This document shows positions 30,478-41,235 of a stretch of 64,000 nt of DNA, piece after piece. The notes below the pieces were generated by a model. It made no database searches, was not told the DNA's origin, and worked only from the letters and a program-made list of their open reading frames with translations. The DNA lies in the NCBI GenBank assembly GCA_934120395.1, contig CAKOTZ010000002.1, positions 33,645 to 97,644 on the forward strand, read 5' to 3'. Both the position numbers and the translations under genes were made by a program. This DNA comes from an uncultured Clostridia bacterium (GTDB taxonomy: Bacteria; Bacillota; Clostridia; TANB77; CAG-508). The stretch's first letter is position 1, and the number at the start of each line of letters is the position of its first letter.

Positions 30478-31065
30478 TTATGGTGTCCGAGACAATAAAA
30501 CTTCTGGAACCTTTTTGTTTAAAAATATTTCTGGTCTTGTATACTGAGAATATTCCAACAATCCATTAGAAAAAGATTCCTCTTGTATTGATTCGTTAGT
30601 GATTACTCCACTTATATGTCTTGCCACAGCATCAATTAATACCATTGATGGCAATTCACCGCCTGTTAATATATAATCTCCAATAGAAATTTCTTCGTCT
30701 ACAATTTCATCTATTACTCTTTGGTCTATGCCTTCATAATGTCCGCAAAGTAAAGTTAAATTTTGTTCTTTTGATAGTTCTTGAACTTTTTTTTGATTTA
30801 ATCTTTTACCTCTTGGTGATAAATATATAACCTTTCCAGGTGTTTCTATAGCAGAATACGCATCATAAACCACATCTGGTTTTATTAACATTCCAGCACC
30901 ACCGCCATAAGGAGTATCATCTACTCTTTTATGTTTGTCCTTGGAAAAATCTCTAATATTTATTATATTTAATATTAGTTGTTTATTTTCTATAGCCCTA
31001 CCTATAATGCTACAGTTGATAGTGTTAAACATCTCTGGAAATAGTGTTAGTATATTAATCTTCAT
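30478..31065 (-). CDS. trmD: tRNA (guanine37-N1)-methyltransferase TrmD; the reading frame breaks 3' of codon 194 (apparent 1-nt insertion) and the expected C-terminus continues in another frame to 30351
   Basis: MKINILTLFPEMF...LTGGELPSMVLIDAV... The canonical tail GHHKNIELWRRRDSLLQTLKNRPELIELLDLSDEDKK is encoded in the +1 frame downstream. Confidence 0.85.
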   Translation of the reverse strand: MKINILTLFPEMFNTINCSIIGRAIENKQLILNIINIRDFSKDKHKRVDDTPYGGGAGMLIKPDVVYDAYSAIETPGKVIYLSPRGKRLNQKKVQELSKEQNLTLLCGHYEGIDQRVIDEIVDEEISIGDYILTGGELPSMVLIDAVARHISGVITNESIQEESFSNGLLEYSQYTRPEIFLNKKVPEVLLSRTP

Positions 31066-31573
31066 CCAGCCTTACTCCTCCATTTACGTCAACTATAATT
31101 TTGCCTTCTTCCAAATTAATATGCTTTATAACAGATGAAATAGCTGGAAGTAGAATTTGTTTACCATTTTCGTTTTTAACAACATATACATCATTGCTTC
31201 CAGTTGGAAATATTTCCTCTAAAATGCCAATTTTTTCTTCTTTTTCATTGTATACATTAATTCCAATCAAATCAGCAATAAAGTAGGTATTTTTATCTAA
31301 TTTTTTAGCATCTTCACGCTTAATCTTCAAAAAACAATTTCTATATTTTTCAGCTTCATTAATGTGGTCAATACCTTTAAGCTTTAATAATACCATACCT
31401 TTTAAATATTTTACTTTTTCTATTTCACATTCGATATTTTCATTTTTATACACAATAATTACTTTTTTTAATTCTTCAAAGCGTTCTATATCATCTGTAT
31501 ATGGAACAACCTTTAAATATCCTTTTAGTCCATGCGTATTAACAATTTGACCAACTTCTAAATATTTTTGCAT
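31055..31573 (-). CDS. rimM: 16S rRNA processing protein RimM
   Basis: MQKYLEVGQIVNTHGLKGYLKVVPYTDD... plus a PRC-barrel C-terminus. Confidence 0.9.
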   Translation of the reverse strand: MQKYLEVGQIVNTHGLKGYLKVVPYTDDIERFEELKKVIIVYKNENIECEIEKVKYLKGMVLLKLKGIDHINEAEKYRNCFLKIKREDAKKLDKNTYFIADLIGINVYNEKEEKIGILEEIFPTGSNDVYVVKNENGKQILLPAISSVIKHINLEEGKIIVDVNGGVRLDED

Positions 31574-31584
31574 ATTATATTCCT

Positions 31585-31815
31585 TTAACCCATAAATTCT
31601 ATTGTTACTTTTTTCTTTTCCTTAGATGCTACAGCTTTTAGTAGCGTTCTAATAGCTTTTGCTACTCTTCCCTGCTTTCCTATTATTCTTCCAACATCAC
31701 TTTCAGCAACTTTCACTTCAAATTTAATAGCACTGTCTGTTTGAATTTCGTTAATAGAAACAGCATTTTTATCAGAAACTAAATTTTTAATTATTGTTTC
31801 TAATATTTCCTTCAT
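31585..31815 (-). CDS. KH-domain RNA-binding protein (YlqC/UPF0109)
   Basis: VGRIIGKQGRVAKAIRTLLKAV: GXXG KH motif. Confidence 0.85.
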   Translation of the reverse strand: MKEILETIIKNLVSDKNAVSINEIQTDSAIKFEVKVAESDVGRIIGKQGRVAKAIRTLLKAVASKEKKKVTIEFMG

Positions 31816-31835
31816 CCTTTTCCTCCCTTGTGAAC

Positions 31836-32069
31836 CTATTGAGCTTTTTCAATTAAAGCTTTTACAGTTTCTGTAGGTTTTGCACCATTTTTTATCCATT
31901 TTTCAACTTTTTCTTTATCTAATTTAATTTCAGATGGTTCTACCATTGGGTTGTATGTTCCTAATTGCTCAATTATTTTGCCATCTCTTGGAGATCTAGA
32001 ATCAGCTACTACAATGTGATAGAATGGAGCTTTTTTAGCACCTACTCTTTTTAATCTAATTTTTACCAT
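31836..32069 (-). CDS. rpsP: 30S ribosomal protein S16
   Basis: [31 protein letters not shown]... RBS GGGAGGTG 5 nt before the ATG. The track ORF adds 5 codons upstream. Confidence 0.93.
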   Translation of the reverse strand: MVKIRLKRVGAKKAPFYHIVVADSRSPRDGKIIEQLGTYNPMVEPSEIKLDKEKVEKWIKNGAKPTETVKALIEKAQ

Positions 32070-32120
32070 GTTTTCACCTCCCACTCATATATTTTTATAT
32101 ATTAAAATTTAAAATCAATG

Positions 32121-33467
32121 TTATTTTAGCTTGTTCAAAGCATTTTTATCTAAACTTTTTAGCATTTTATTTATAGACTTTTCATTCTGCATTTTTTTCA
32201 TTAATTTTTGGGTTTGTTCGTATGATGTCATGAATTTATTTACATCTTGTACACTTGTTCCACTGCCTTTTGCAATTCTAATTCTTCTACTTGCATTTAA
32301 TAATTTTGGTTTTCTTCTTTCTTCGTTTGTCATAGAACAAATTATAGCTTCAATTTTGTTAAATTCTTTATCATCAACATCTATATCCTTTATTTTTCCC
32401 ATCCCTGGTAACATTTTTAAAATAGATGAAAACGAGCCCATTTTTTTTATTTGTCTAAGTTGTGTTAAATAATCATTCAAATCAAAACCATCTTTTTTTA
32501 GTTTTTTTTCTAATTTGATTGCTTCTTCCTCATCAAAAGCCTCTTCAGCCTTTTCAATAATTGAAAGCACATCACCCATACCTAAAATTCTAGATGCCAT
32601 TCGTTCTGGATGAAAAACTTCCATATCATTCAGTTTTTCACCTGTTGCAGCAAATTTAATAGGTCTATTAGTAACTTTTTTTACTGAAAGAGCAGCACCT
32701 CCACGAGTATCACCATCTAATTTTGTTAAAATTACTCCATCTATTCCTAAATTGTCATTAAAACTTTGAGCAACATTTACAGCATCTTGACCAGTCATTG
32801 CATCAACAACTAATAATATTTCGTGTGGTTTTACACCAGCTTTTACCTGTTTTAACTCTTCCATTAAGTTTTCGTCAATATGTAATCTACCAGCAGTATC
32901 AAGTATAACAACATCATTTAATTTTGAAATTGCTTGATTCATAGCCTGTTTAGCAATTAACACCACGTCTGTTGTGCTTTCATTGCTAAACACTGGAATA
33001 TCAAGCTGTTTTCCAACAACTTGTAATTGTTTTATAGCAGCTGGTCTATATACATCGCAGGCAACTAATAATGGTTTTTTGCCATCTTTTCGCAACATAT
33101 TAGCTAATTTGCCGGCAGTTGTTGTTTTTCCAGCTCCTTGCAATCCAACAAGCATAATAACTGTTGGTGGATTAGGTGTAAAATTAATACGACTTTCAGT
33201 TCCACCTAATAATTCTATTAATTCGTCTTTTACGATTTTTACAACCTGTTCTCCTGGTGTTAATGATTTTAGTACATCTTGTCCTAATGCTTTTTCCTGT
33301 ATAACTGCGATGAAATCTTTAACAATTTTATAATTTACATCTGCTTCTAGTAAGGCAAGTTTTACTTCCCTTAAAACCTCTTTTAGGTCTGCTTCTGTAA
33401 TTCTTGCTTTTCCTCTTAGCTTTCTAGTAATTCCTTGTAGTCTTTCTGATAAACCTTCGAAAGCCAT
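32121..33467 (-). CDS. ffh: Signal recognition particle protein Ffh
   Basis: N, G and M domains (GLQGAGKTTTAGKLA..., Met-rich C-terminus). Confidence 0.95.
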   Translation of the reverse strand: MAFEGLSERLQGITRKLRGKARITEADLKEVLREVKLALLEADVNYKIVKDFIAVIQEKALGQDVLKSLTPGEQVVKIVKDELIELLGGTESRINFTPNPPTVIMLVGLQGAGKTTTAGKLANMLRKDGKKPLLVACDVYRPAAIKQLQVVGKQLDIPVFSNESTTDVVLIAKQAMNQAISKLNDVVILDTAGRLHIDENLMEELKQVKAGVKPHEILLVVDAMTGQDAVNVAQSFNDNLGIDGVILTKLDGDTRGGAALSVKKVTNRPIKFAATGEKLNDMEVFHPERMASRILGMGDVLSIIEKAEEAFDEEEAIKLEKKLKKDGFDLNDYLTQLRQIKKMGSFSSILKMLPGMGKIKDIDVDDKEFNKIEAIICSMTNEERRKPKLLNASRRIRIAKGSGTSVQDVNKFMTSYEQTQKLMKKMQNEKSINKMLKSLDKNALNKLK

Positions 33468-33481
33468 TTAAGCACCTCCAT

Positions 33482-33829
33482 TTATACTAAACAATTTATT
33501 TTTTTGTATATATCTTTTATTACTTTCTCTGTTTCTTTGTCTGTATTTTTTCCTTGAAGTAATTTTAAATCATTTAAAATTATTTCTATTTGTTTTTTTT
33601 GCCATGTTTGTTTTTTCATCAAGCCAAGCTTATCTTCCATTTCCATCAATTTATTTTCTGCTTTTTTTATAATGTCTCTAACAGCCTGCCTTGTTATGTT
33701 CTCATTTTCTGCAATTTCTGAAAGAGATAAATCGTTATTATAATAATCTTCTATAAATATATATTGTTTTTCTGTTAACAATTTTCCATACATTTCACAA
33801 AGCATACTTATTTCTACTTTTTTTTCCAT
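33482..33829 (-). CDS. ylxM: YlxM/UPF0122 putative DNA-binding protein
   Basis: 115 aa helix-turn-helix protein immediately upstream of ffh, as in Bacillus. Confidence 0.85.
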   Translation of the reverse strand: MEKKVEISMLCEMYGKLLTEKQYIFIEDYYNNDLSLSEIAENENITRQAVRDIIKKAENKLMEMEDKLGLMKKQTWQKKQIEIILNDLKLLQGKNTDKETEKVIKDIYKKINCLV

Positions 33830-33959
33830 ACATTTACCTCTCTTTTGTAATGCAAATATACTTTACACTATTTTTACTGATTTGTCAAGAGGTTTGGCTA
33901 TAAAATTTATACTCTCACATGTTGCGCTTTTTCCAATTTAGCTTTATAATAATAGCATT

Positions 33960-34847
33960 ATGATAGATTTAATAATAAAAAGAAAAAATAACAATAAAAA
34001 AGTTGTAAACGTTTTACTTTCTGAATATCCTGCACTGAATTCTTCAACTGTATTTAAGGCTTTACGAAAAAAAGATATTTTAATAAATGGTAAGCGAATT
34101 AAGGAAAATATTGTAGTTTTTGAAAATGATAAAATTACTGCATATATTGCTGATAATTTGCTACATCCATGTACTAACGAACTAAATATTGTATATGAAG
34201 ATGAAAATATTATTGTGGTAAATAAAAGTTCTGGTATTCCAGTTACCGAAGATGCAAATAATGAGCAAAACCTAGCTACTTTAGTACAGAAACATTGTAT
34301 CTCAGCCAAGCCTTGCCATCGTTTAGATAGGAATACTGAAGGGTTAGTTGTTTTTGCAAAGAACAAAGAAAGTTTAGATATTTTACTTGATAAATTTAAA
34401 GAAAGACAAATAGATAAACACTACGTATGTCTTGTTTATGGTATTCCTTCTTCTTCATCTAAAACTTTAGTAGCATATCTTTTTAAAGATACAAAAAAAT
34501 CTTTAGTTTATATTAGTGATACACCTAAAAAAGGTTATCAAAAAATTATTACTTCATATAAAATTTTAGATGTAAATAAACAGCAAAACATTGCACTATT
34601 AGAAGTAAAGTTAGAAACAGGCAGAACTCATCAAATTCGTGCACATTTAGCTCATATTGGGCATCCTATTATTGGTGATGGCAAATATGGTATAAATACA
34701 ATTAATAAACATTTCAAAGCCAAATCTCAATTACTTACCAGTTATAAGCTAAAATTTAACTTTTCAAGTGATGCCGGCATATTGAACTACCTAAAAAATA
34801 AAACTATTGAACTTAGCTATTCAAAGTATCTAAAAATATTAAAATAG
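33960..34847 (+). CDS. RluA-family pseudouridine synthase
   Basis: S4-like N-terminus plus catalytic HRLDRNTEGL motif. Confidence 0.85.
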   Translation: MIDLIIKRKNNNKKVVNVLLSEYPALNSSTVFKALRKKDILINGKRIKENIVVFENDKITAYIADNLLHPCTNELNIVYEDENIIVVNKSSGIPVTEDANNEQNLATLVQKHCISAKPCHRLDRNTEGLVVFAKNKESLDILLDKFKERQIDKHYVCLVYGIPSSSSKTLVAYLFKDTKKSLVYISDTPKKGYQKIITSYKILDVNKQQNIALLEVKLETGRTHQIRAHLAHIGHPIIGDGKYGINTINKHFKAKSQLLTSYKLKFNFSSDAGILNYLKNKTIELSYSKYLKILK

Positions 34848-34880
34848 AGAAAACACTAGTGCTTTCTCTATTTTAATATT
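34845..34880. terminator. Bidirectional terminator between convergent rluA-family and acyl-CoA ligase genes
   Basis: tagagaaaacactagtgctttctcta: an 8-bp stem. Confidence 0.55.
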
Positions 34881-36595
34881 TAAACTAATATTTTTTTCAT
34901 TTCCTCATTTCTCTTTATTTTTAATGTAGTTGTTTTTATAAGTTCTTCATCTGTTAAAATCATATTTTTTATATACTTATATGATGGAAATGTTTTATTA
35001 ACCTCTTTAATTTTCTCCCATATTATTTTCTTTATATCATCTTCATTAATTCCTTCATGATTTTTTTCAAAATATTCTTTATTATATACAATTTTTACAG
35101 AAAGTTTTAAATTATTTTGATCACCATTTTCAGGCATCCCAAACACCATACATTCCTTAACTTCCTCTAAATTATTTATCATTATTTCAATTTCTTCTGG
35201 AAATATCTTTTTCCCGTTTTTCAAAACTATCATGTCTTTTTTTCTTCCAGTTATAAAAACAAAACCTTTTTTATCTTTGTATGCTAAATCTCCTGTATAA
35301 AACCATCCATCTCTTATTACTTCATTTGTTGCTTCTGTATTTTCATAATATCCAAGCATTATATTAGGGCCCTTTGCCTTTAATTCTCCAATACCATCAT
35401 CATCTGGATTTTCTATTTCTATTTCCACATTAGGTAATGGAACACCTACCGAACCATATTTTACTTTAAATTCATTCTCTGCTAAAAGAACTGGAGATGT
35501 TTCAGTTAGTCCATATCCTTGTACCAATTTTACTCCTAATTCATTAAAGCCTTTACATACCCTTTTATCCAAAGGTGCACCTCCTGCTATAATAAAACGC
35601 ATGTGTCCGCCTAAAGCTTCTAAAATATCCTTAAATAATTTTTTTCTAACATCTATATTGAAAAATAATAAAAAGTTACTTATTTTTTTTGCTATATTAA
35701 GCATCTTAGTTTTTCCTTGTTTTTGTACTTCATGTTCTATTTTCTTGTATATAGATTCAATTAATAAAGGAACACCTACAAAAACTGATACCTTATATTC
35801 TTTCAAATTTTGTGCAACATAACGCAAACCATCTGGGAAAGCTGTTGCAAGTCCTGCATTAAGCATAACAAGCATAGCTGTAGAGGCAAATATATGATGA
35901 AATGGTAAAAACGCTAAATTTACGTCAGTCTCATAAAATTTCTCAACTAAAAATAAACCATATATATTTGATGCTATATTTTTTTGTGACAACATAACAG
36001 CTTTAGCCTTTGATGTTGTTCCTGATGTAAATAGCAATATATTCATTTTATCATTATCAATTTCCATATCTATGTAATCTCTTCGATTTTGCTCTACTAA
36101 TTTTTTACCTTCTTGCATTATACTTATGATATCCAAATAATTTTCATGTTTGCTCATACAGATATATTCTTGTAAATTTGTATTATTTCTATGTTTGATT
36201 TCTTCGATTTTTTCTATATATTTTTCGTCAAAAACAACTACATCTGCCTTACTTCTTACTAGACAACTTTCCAATTCGTCTATCTGTAATTCCTTATCTA
36301 GAGGAATAGAAACAATACCTCCTAGCAAATTAGTTAGATGTGCCAATACCCATTCATATCGATTTCGCCCAACAATGGCAATTCTTTTATTTTTATATCC
36401 TAATTCAAATAATTTTGTACCTAAGGCATTTATTTCTTCTAATAATCTTTTATAGCTTATATTTTCGTAGCTTACTTCTTTTTCTTTATGTTTCAAAATA
36501 TATGCTGTATTTTCTGCATATTTTTCTACTGAGTTATATAAAAGCTCTTTTATATTGTTATATTTAACTGATTCCAAATATTCTTCTTTTTTCAA
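34880..36595 (-). CDS. AMP-dependent synthetase / long-chain fatty-acid--CoA ligase
   Basis: AMP-binding motif LLFTSGTTSKAKAVMLSQKN plus YGLTE and GWFYTGD motifs. Confidence 0.85.
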   Translation of the reverse strand: MKKEEYLESVKYNNIKELLYNSVEKYAENTAYILKHKEKEVSYENISYKRLLEEINALGTKLFELGYKNKRIAIVGRNRYEWVLAHLTNLLGGIVSIPLDKELQIDELESCLVRSKADVVVFDEKYIEKIEEIKHRNNTNLQEYICMSKHENYLDIISIMQEGKKLVEQNRRDYIDMEIDNDKMNILLFTSGTTSKAKAVMLSQKNIASNIYGLFLVEKFYETDVNLAFLPFHHIFASTAMLVMLNAGLATAFPDGLRYVAQNLKEYKVSVFVGVPLLIESIYKKIEHEVQKQGKTKMLNIAKKISNFLLFFNIDVRKKLFKDILEALGGHMRFIIAGGAPLDKRVCKGFNELGVKLVQGYGLTETSPVLLAENEFKVKYGSVGVPLPNVEIEIENPDDDGIGELKAKGPNIMLGYYENTEATNEVIRDGWFYTGDLAYKDKKGFVFITGRKKDMIVLKNGKKIFPEEIEIMINNLEEVKECMVFGMPENGDQNNLKLSVKIVYNKEYFEKNHEGINEDDIKKIIWEKIKEVNKTFPSYKYIKNMILTDEELIKTTTLKIKRNEEMKKILV

Positions 36596-36710
36596 AAAAT
36601 CACCTTCTTATTTAGTATTGAATACTAGATTATCATGTAGTCAATAACTTGTCAAGTGGTTGACTGCATGTTCTAAAAATGGTATTATAAATGCTAAATG
36701 AGGTGATTAA

Positions 36711-37229
36711 ATGACTGAAAATGTAACTGTTTTAAATAGTGAAATTAAAAACTTTCACATTCCAAGATGGAATGAAATTCCAAGCATTGACCTATATATT
36801 GACCAAGTGGTATCCTACTTAGACAGCTATCTATCAAATTATATTTGTGAAGATGATAAAATAGCTGGCAACGCAATAACTAAAACCATGATTAATAACT
36901 ATGTAAAGCATGGTGTTATTAAACCACCTATTAATAAAAAATATACAAAAGAACATTTAGCCAAACTTTTTACAATATTTATTTTAAAACAAATTTATAG
37001 CATAGATGAAATCAAAAAATTAATTCAACTCGCTTTAAAAACATCAAGTATTGAACAAGCATACGATAAATTTTGTTCAGAGCTAGAGGAATCAATAAAA
37101 ATTACTTTTAATGAAGATTATACTATTCTAAATAAAGAACATCTTTCACATGAGCAATTCATATTGCGCAATGTAGTTCAATCTTTTTCTAGTAAATTGT
37201 ATGTTCAAAAAGTATTTTTGAAAAAATAA
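36711..37229 (+). CDS. DUF1836-domain protein
   Basis: ITKTMINNYVKHGVIKPPINKKYTKEHLAKL, characteristic of DUF1836. Confidence 0.6.
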   Translation: MTENVTVLNSEIKNFHIPRWNEIPSIDLYIDQVVSYLDSYLSNYICEDDKIAGNAITKTMINNYVKHGVIKPPINKKYTKEHLAKLFTIFILKQIYSIDEIKKLIQLALKTSSIEQAYDKFCSELEESIKITFNEDYTILNKEHLSHEQFILRNVVQSFSSKLYVQKVFLKK

Positions 37230-37268
37230 AAATGCACTTCAAAATGAAGTGCACCTTTATTTTTTGTA
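37230..37268. terminator. Bidirectional rho-independent terminator (DUF1836 gene / ftsH)
   Basis: gcacttcaaaatgaagtgc hairpin flanked by A and T runs. Confidence 0.7.
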
Positions 37269-37289
37269 ATTGAATCTTATTCAAACATT

Positions 37290-39077
37290 TTACTCAAAAA
37301 AACTATTAAATTCTTCAGCTGAAATCGTCTCTTTTTCTAATAATCTTTGTGCTACTAAGTGTAACTTATCCATATTGCTTAATAAAATACTTTGTGCGCT
37401 TTGATAAGCAATATCAATAAGCTTTTTAATTTCATCACCAACTATAGAACCAATATCCTCTCCAAATACTTGCATTTCATACGGTTCATTTGTCTTTAAC
37501 GATACTGGGCCTAATTTTTCACTCATACCATAAACAGTAATCATATCCTTAGCAATTCCAGTTGCAACCTCTAAATCATTGCTTGCTCCAGTAGATATAT
37601 CATCTAGTGCTAACTTCTCTGCAGCTCTTCCTCCCATTAAAGCAATCATTTTTTCTTCCATTTCAGTTTTTGAGATATAATATTTGTCTTCATTAGTTTT
37701 ATACATTGTATATCCACCTGCAAGACCTCTTGGAATAATAGACACTTCTTTTACATCTAACTGTGAACCAAGATATTTGCTTACAATGGCGTGTCCAGCC
37801 TCATGATATGCAGTTAAACGTTTATCTTTGTCAGATATAACTCTACTATGTTTTTCAAGTCCCACTGTTACCTTCTTAACAGCACTTTCTAAATCTTCCT
37901 TTTCAATTTGTTCATGTTTATTTCTAGTAGCTAAAATAGCAGCTTCATTTAACACATTGGCAAGTTCAGCTCCTGTAAATCCTGCTGTATCACCTGCAAT
38001 ATCTTCAATTTTAACGTCTGGAGCAAGTTTTTTATTTTTTGTATGAATTTTTAAAATTGCTTCCCTTCCTTTTAAGTCTGGTGCTGCAATTGTTATTTGT
38101 CTGTCAAATCTTCCTGGTCTTAATAATGCTTTGTCTAGCATTTCAGGTCTATTAGTTGCAGCTAAGACTATAATAGTTTGGTTTGTTTCAAATCCATCCA
38201 TTTCAACCAATAACTGATTTAAGGTTTGATTATTTTCAGATTCTGCACCACTTGAGCTTGTTCTTCTCGAACCAATTGCATCTATTTCATCTATAAATAC
38301 AATACAAGGTGCTATTTTCTTTGCCTTTTCAAATAATTTTCTTACCCTTGACGCCCCAAGTCCAGCAAACATTTCTATAAATTCAGAACCACTCATTGAA
38401 ATAAATGGCACTCCTGCTTCCCCTGCAATAGCTTTAGCAATCAATGTTTTTCCTGTACCTGGCTTTCCGTAAAGCAGAATACCTTTTGGAATTTTTGCTC
38501 CCATCGCTTGATATCTCTTCGGATTTTTTAGAAAATCAACAATTTCCATCATTTCTACTTTTTCTTCTTCTAGACCAGCAACATCATCAAAAGTAACATC
38601 TGTCTTATTTTCTTCTCCTCCATAAATCTTACCTTTTTCACCAAGCCCTTGCATTTGCATAAGCACAATAAATAGAGCAACAATCATAATTGTAGGTAAT
38701 AAATTTAAAACAGTAGTTATAATTGTTTTAGCAGGGTTTGGCGCACTTTGGTTTAACTCAATGTGATTTCCAGCTTGTACTTTTTCTTGTACTAGTTCAA
38801 TAAATGCCTGTACACTTGGAACAATACTATGTCTTTCTGTTTCGTCATCTATTAATTTAATTTTTATAGATTGACTACCTGTTGTCATCTTAACCTTTTC
38901 AACTTGATTTTCCTCAATTTTATTAATTAATTCAGTATATGGTATTTCAGTTTTTTTCATTACATTAGTTCCAATTGCTATTCCAATAATAGTTATAGCA
39001 ATTACCACAACTAATAGTACAATACCTAGAACATAATACTTTTTATTGTCATTCTTCTTTTTTGGTTTTTTACTCAT
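37290..39077 (-). CDS. ftsH: ATP-dependent zinc metalloprotease FtsH
   Basis: Walker A GKPGTGKT, SRH, and HEAGHA zinc motif. Confidence 0.95.
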   Translation of the reverse strand: MSKKPKKKNDNKKYYVLGIVLLVVVIAITIIGIAIGTNVMKKTEIPYTELINKIEENQVEKVKMTTGSQSIKIKLIDDETERHSIVPSVQAFIELVQEKVQAGNHIELNQSAPNPAKTIITTVLNLLPTIMIVALFIVLMQMQGLGEKGKIYGGEENKTDVTFDDVAGLEEEKVEMMEIVDFLKNPKRYQAMGAKIPKGILLYGKPGTGKTLIAKAIAGEAGVPFISMSGSEFIEMFAGLGASRVRKLFEKAKKIAPCIVFIDEIDAIGSRRTSSSGAESENNQTLNQLLVEMDGFETNQTIIVLAATNRPEMLDKALLRPGRFDRQITIAAPDLKGREAILKIHTKNKKLAPDVKIEDIAGDTAGFTGAELANVLNEAAILATRNKHEQIEKEDLESAVKKVTVGLEKHSRVISDKDKRLTAYHEAGHAIVSKYLGSQLDVKEVSIIPRGLAGGYTMYKTNEDKYYISKTEMEEKMIALMGGRAAEKLALDDISTGASNDLEVATGIAKDMITVYGMSEKLGPVSLKTNEPYEMQVFGEDIGSIVGDEIKKLIDIAYQSAQSILLSNMDKLHLVAQRLLEKETISAEEFNSFFE

Positions 39078-39100
39078 AAAAATCCCTTTCCTTTTTTAAG

Positions 39101-40111
39101 CTATGCTGTTCCTTCTGGCGCCTGTCCATCTGTTCCAACATCTTTATCTTCTTTCTTTTCCTTCTTATCTTTTTTCTCCTTTTTATCTTCTGTTTTTTTC
39201 TTTTCTTCTATTTCCTGTTTTACCTCTTTTTGTACCTCTTCAATCTTTTTTATTTCTATTTGTTGTTTTATTAAATCAGAACGTATAAGTAAAATTGCTG
39301 TAATTAGGTAAATATATGAAATTGCTGTATACATTACCTGAAAATACTTCACTTCAAATCCAGTTACAACATTTACTGGAATATAAATAGCATTTAACAA
39401 TATAGGTAATGTTAAGGCATACAATGCAATATTATATATTTGATTATTTCTTAATTTAACACTAGCAATTTTAGCTGTTAAGAATCCAAGAATAAATAAC
39501 AACGCAGTCTCAAGCAATGTTGCTAAGAAATAAGCAAGGAATAAGTATATTAGTAAAGCTAAATATAAAGCAATATAAAAAGCTACGCTATTAATACTAG
39601 CTAGTTTTTCTACTAATGCTTGTTTGTCTAAGCTTTGCACTTTATAGGCTTCTGCTAAATCTGCATATGAATATGTTTGAGTTGTTCCCATTTTTAACAT
39701 AGCTTTATCCTTTAGTAAAATAAGACCAACATTATACAAATTCAATTTTTTTGTATATTCTTCAATACTTGTTTCATCTTCTGATATACTTGTATCCATT
39801 ATTATAATGTAAGATGTTCCATCGATTGTCTTTTCTATGACAGTTGGTTGTTCTTCTGCCTTAGATATCAATTGATTATTTTCCAAACTAAAATCTGGCA
39901 TTTCAGTTTTAACCGTATCTGCACCCTGATTTAATATATTTATAAATTTGTATGTCATTGCTATTCCAATAATAATGCAAAAAACAAGGATTAATTTTAC
40001 AAAATATTTTAAAGCAGTACTTGTCTTTTCTAATGCAAAACCTTGATAGCTATCTAAGTTAAATATTGCCAGTTTTAATCTTTTAAAAAATTGCACTTTT
40101 TCATTGTTCAT
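39101..40111 (-). CDS. Polytopic membrane protein with Lys/Glu-rich C-terminal tail (possibly DUF1189-like)
   Basis: 336 aa with 5-6 TM segments. Tail EEKKKTEDKKEKKDKKEKKEDKD. Confidence 0.45.
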   Translation of the reverse strand: MNNEKVQFFKRLKLAIFNLDSYQGFALEKTSTALKYFVKLILVFCIIIGIAMTYKFINILNQGADTVKTEMPDFSLENNQLISKAEEQPTVIEKTIDGTSYIIIMDTSISEDETSIEEYTKKLNLYNVGLILLKDKAMLKMGTTQTYSYADLAEAYKVQSLDKQALVEKLASINSVAFYIALYLALLIYLFLAYFLATLLETALLFILGFLTAKIASVKLRNNQIYNIALYALTLPILLNAIYIPVNVVTGFEVKYFQVMYTAISYIYLITAILLIRSDLIKQQIEIKKIEEVQKEVKQEIEEKKKTEDKKEKKDKKEKKEDKDVGTDGQAPEGTA

Positions 40112-41235
40112 TAGCGATACTCCCTTCTAACACCACTATCTACATACAATGGACTAATGTCTAAATACACTTCATCATTAATCTTTACTTCATCATTTTC
40201 CGTAATATCTATTACTATGTGATACATACCAATTTTCCCAACTACAGTATATTTCTTATCATTTATTCTAACTTTGAAATGCTTGTCCCTAGCAAAATCT
40301 TTCATCGCACCATATAGGTATCTTAGTTTATCACGAAAGCGATAATCGTCATGCATAGCTCTCACATTATATCCATCATAATATCCAACTGGAATTATAG
40401 CCACTTTTGTTTCTCTTTTTGTTTTAAATGCATTAGAATATCCAATATTATATCCCTTTGGCAATGTCTTTATTTCCGTTATATTACTTTTAAGTGTTCC
40501 AATTTTCTTTAATCCATACGTATTTAGAACTATAATTCTACCTGTAAACGCAGAACCAATTCTAGCAGCATTTAAATGCATTGTTGGAAATTTTAAAAAT
40601 GCCGAAGAGTTACATATATGCAACATTCCTGTTTTTATTCCTTCCCTTTGTAGTGTTTCTATTGTATTTATAAAATTATCAAATTGTTGCTTAGTCCATT
40701 TATCCTTTTTATAGAAAGACATTGAAAAATGTGAAAATGTACCTTCAATATTTATATTTGTAACGCTTTGCAATGTTTCAATTATTTTATCTGTTTGGTT
40801 ATATAAAAATCCATAACGACCAAAGCCTGTGTCAATTTTTAAATGTGCTCTTACTGTAACATTTAATCTTCTTGCCACTTCATCAACAGTTTCAGCTGAA
40901 AGTGCTGATCCAATGGTCAAAATAATATTATTTTCTATTAAAAGTTCTATCTCTTTTTTTACAGAAGTTGATGAAAGCATTAAAATATCTTCTTTTATGT
41001 CTGCTTTTCTTAGTGCAATAGCCTCCTCAACAGTAGAAACTGCTAAAAAATTAATTCCACTATCAATTAAAATTTTTGCAAATGAAACTAAGCCTAATCC
41101 ATACCCATTACCTTTAACAACTCCAATAATTTTAAAAGCTTGTCCATTATCTGCTTTTTCGTTTTGTTTTGCTAGTTTTTTTATAATCTCAATATTATGT
41201 TTTAAATCTTTTTTATTTATTACTAAGGATTTCAT
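40111..41235 (-). CDS. alr: Alanine racemase family PLP enzyme
   Basis: PLP-lysine motif [10 protein letters not shown]. Length and layout match Alr. Overlaps neighbouring genes by 1 nt at both ends. Confidence 0.7.
   Translation of the reverse strand: MKSLVINKKDLKHNIEIIKKLAKQNEKADNGQAFKIIGVVKGNGYGLGLVSFAKILIDSGINFLAVSTVEEAIALRKADIKEDILMLSSTSVKKEIELLIENNIILTIGSALSAETVDEVARRLNVTVRAHLKIDTGFGRYGFLYNQTDKIIETLQSVTNINIEGTFSHFSMSFYKKDKWTKQQFDNFINTIETLQREGIKTGMLHICNSSAFLKFPTMHLNAARIGSAFTGRIIVLNTYGLKKIGTLKSNITEIKTLPKGYNIGYSNAFKTKRETKVAIIPVGYYDGYNVRAMHDDYRFRDKLRYLYGAMKDFARDKHFKVRINDKKYTVVGKIGMYHIVIDITENDEVKINDEVYLDISPLYVDSGVRREYR

Noticed and set aside
30310-30498. 62-aa plus-strand ORF between rplS and trmD
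   Set aside because: Overlaps the out-of-frame 3' end of trmD on the opposite strand. An artefact of the trmD frameshift region.
33944-34366. 140-aa minus-strand ORF overlapping the rluA-family gene
   Set aside because: Antisense to a gene with clear catalytic motifs. No RBS.
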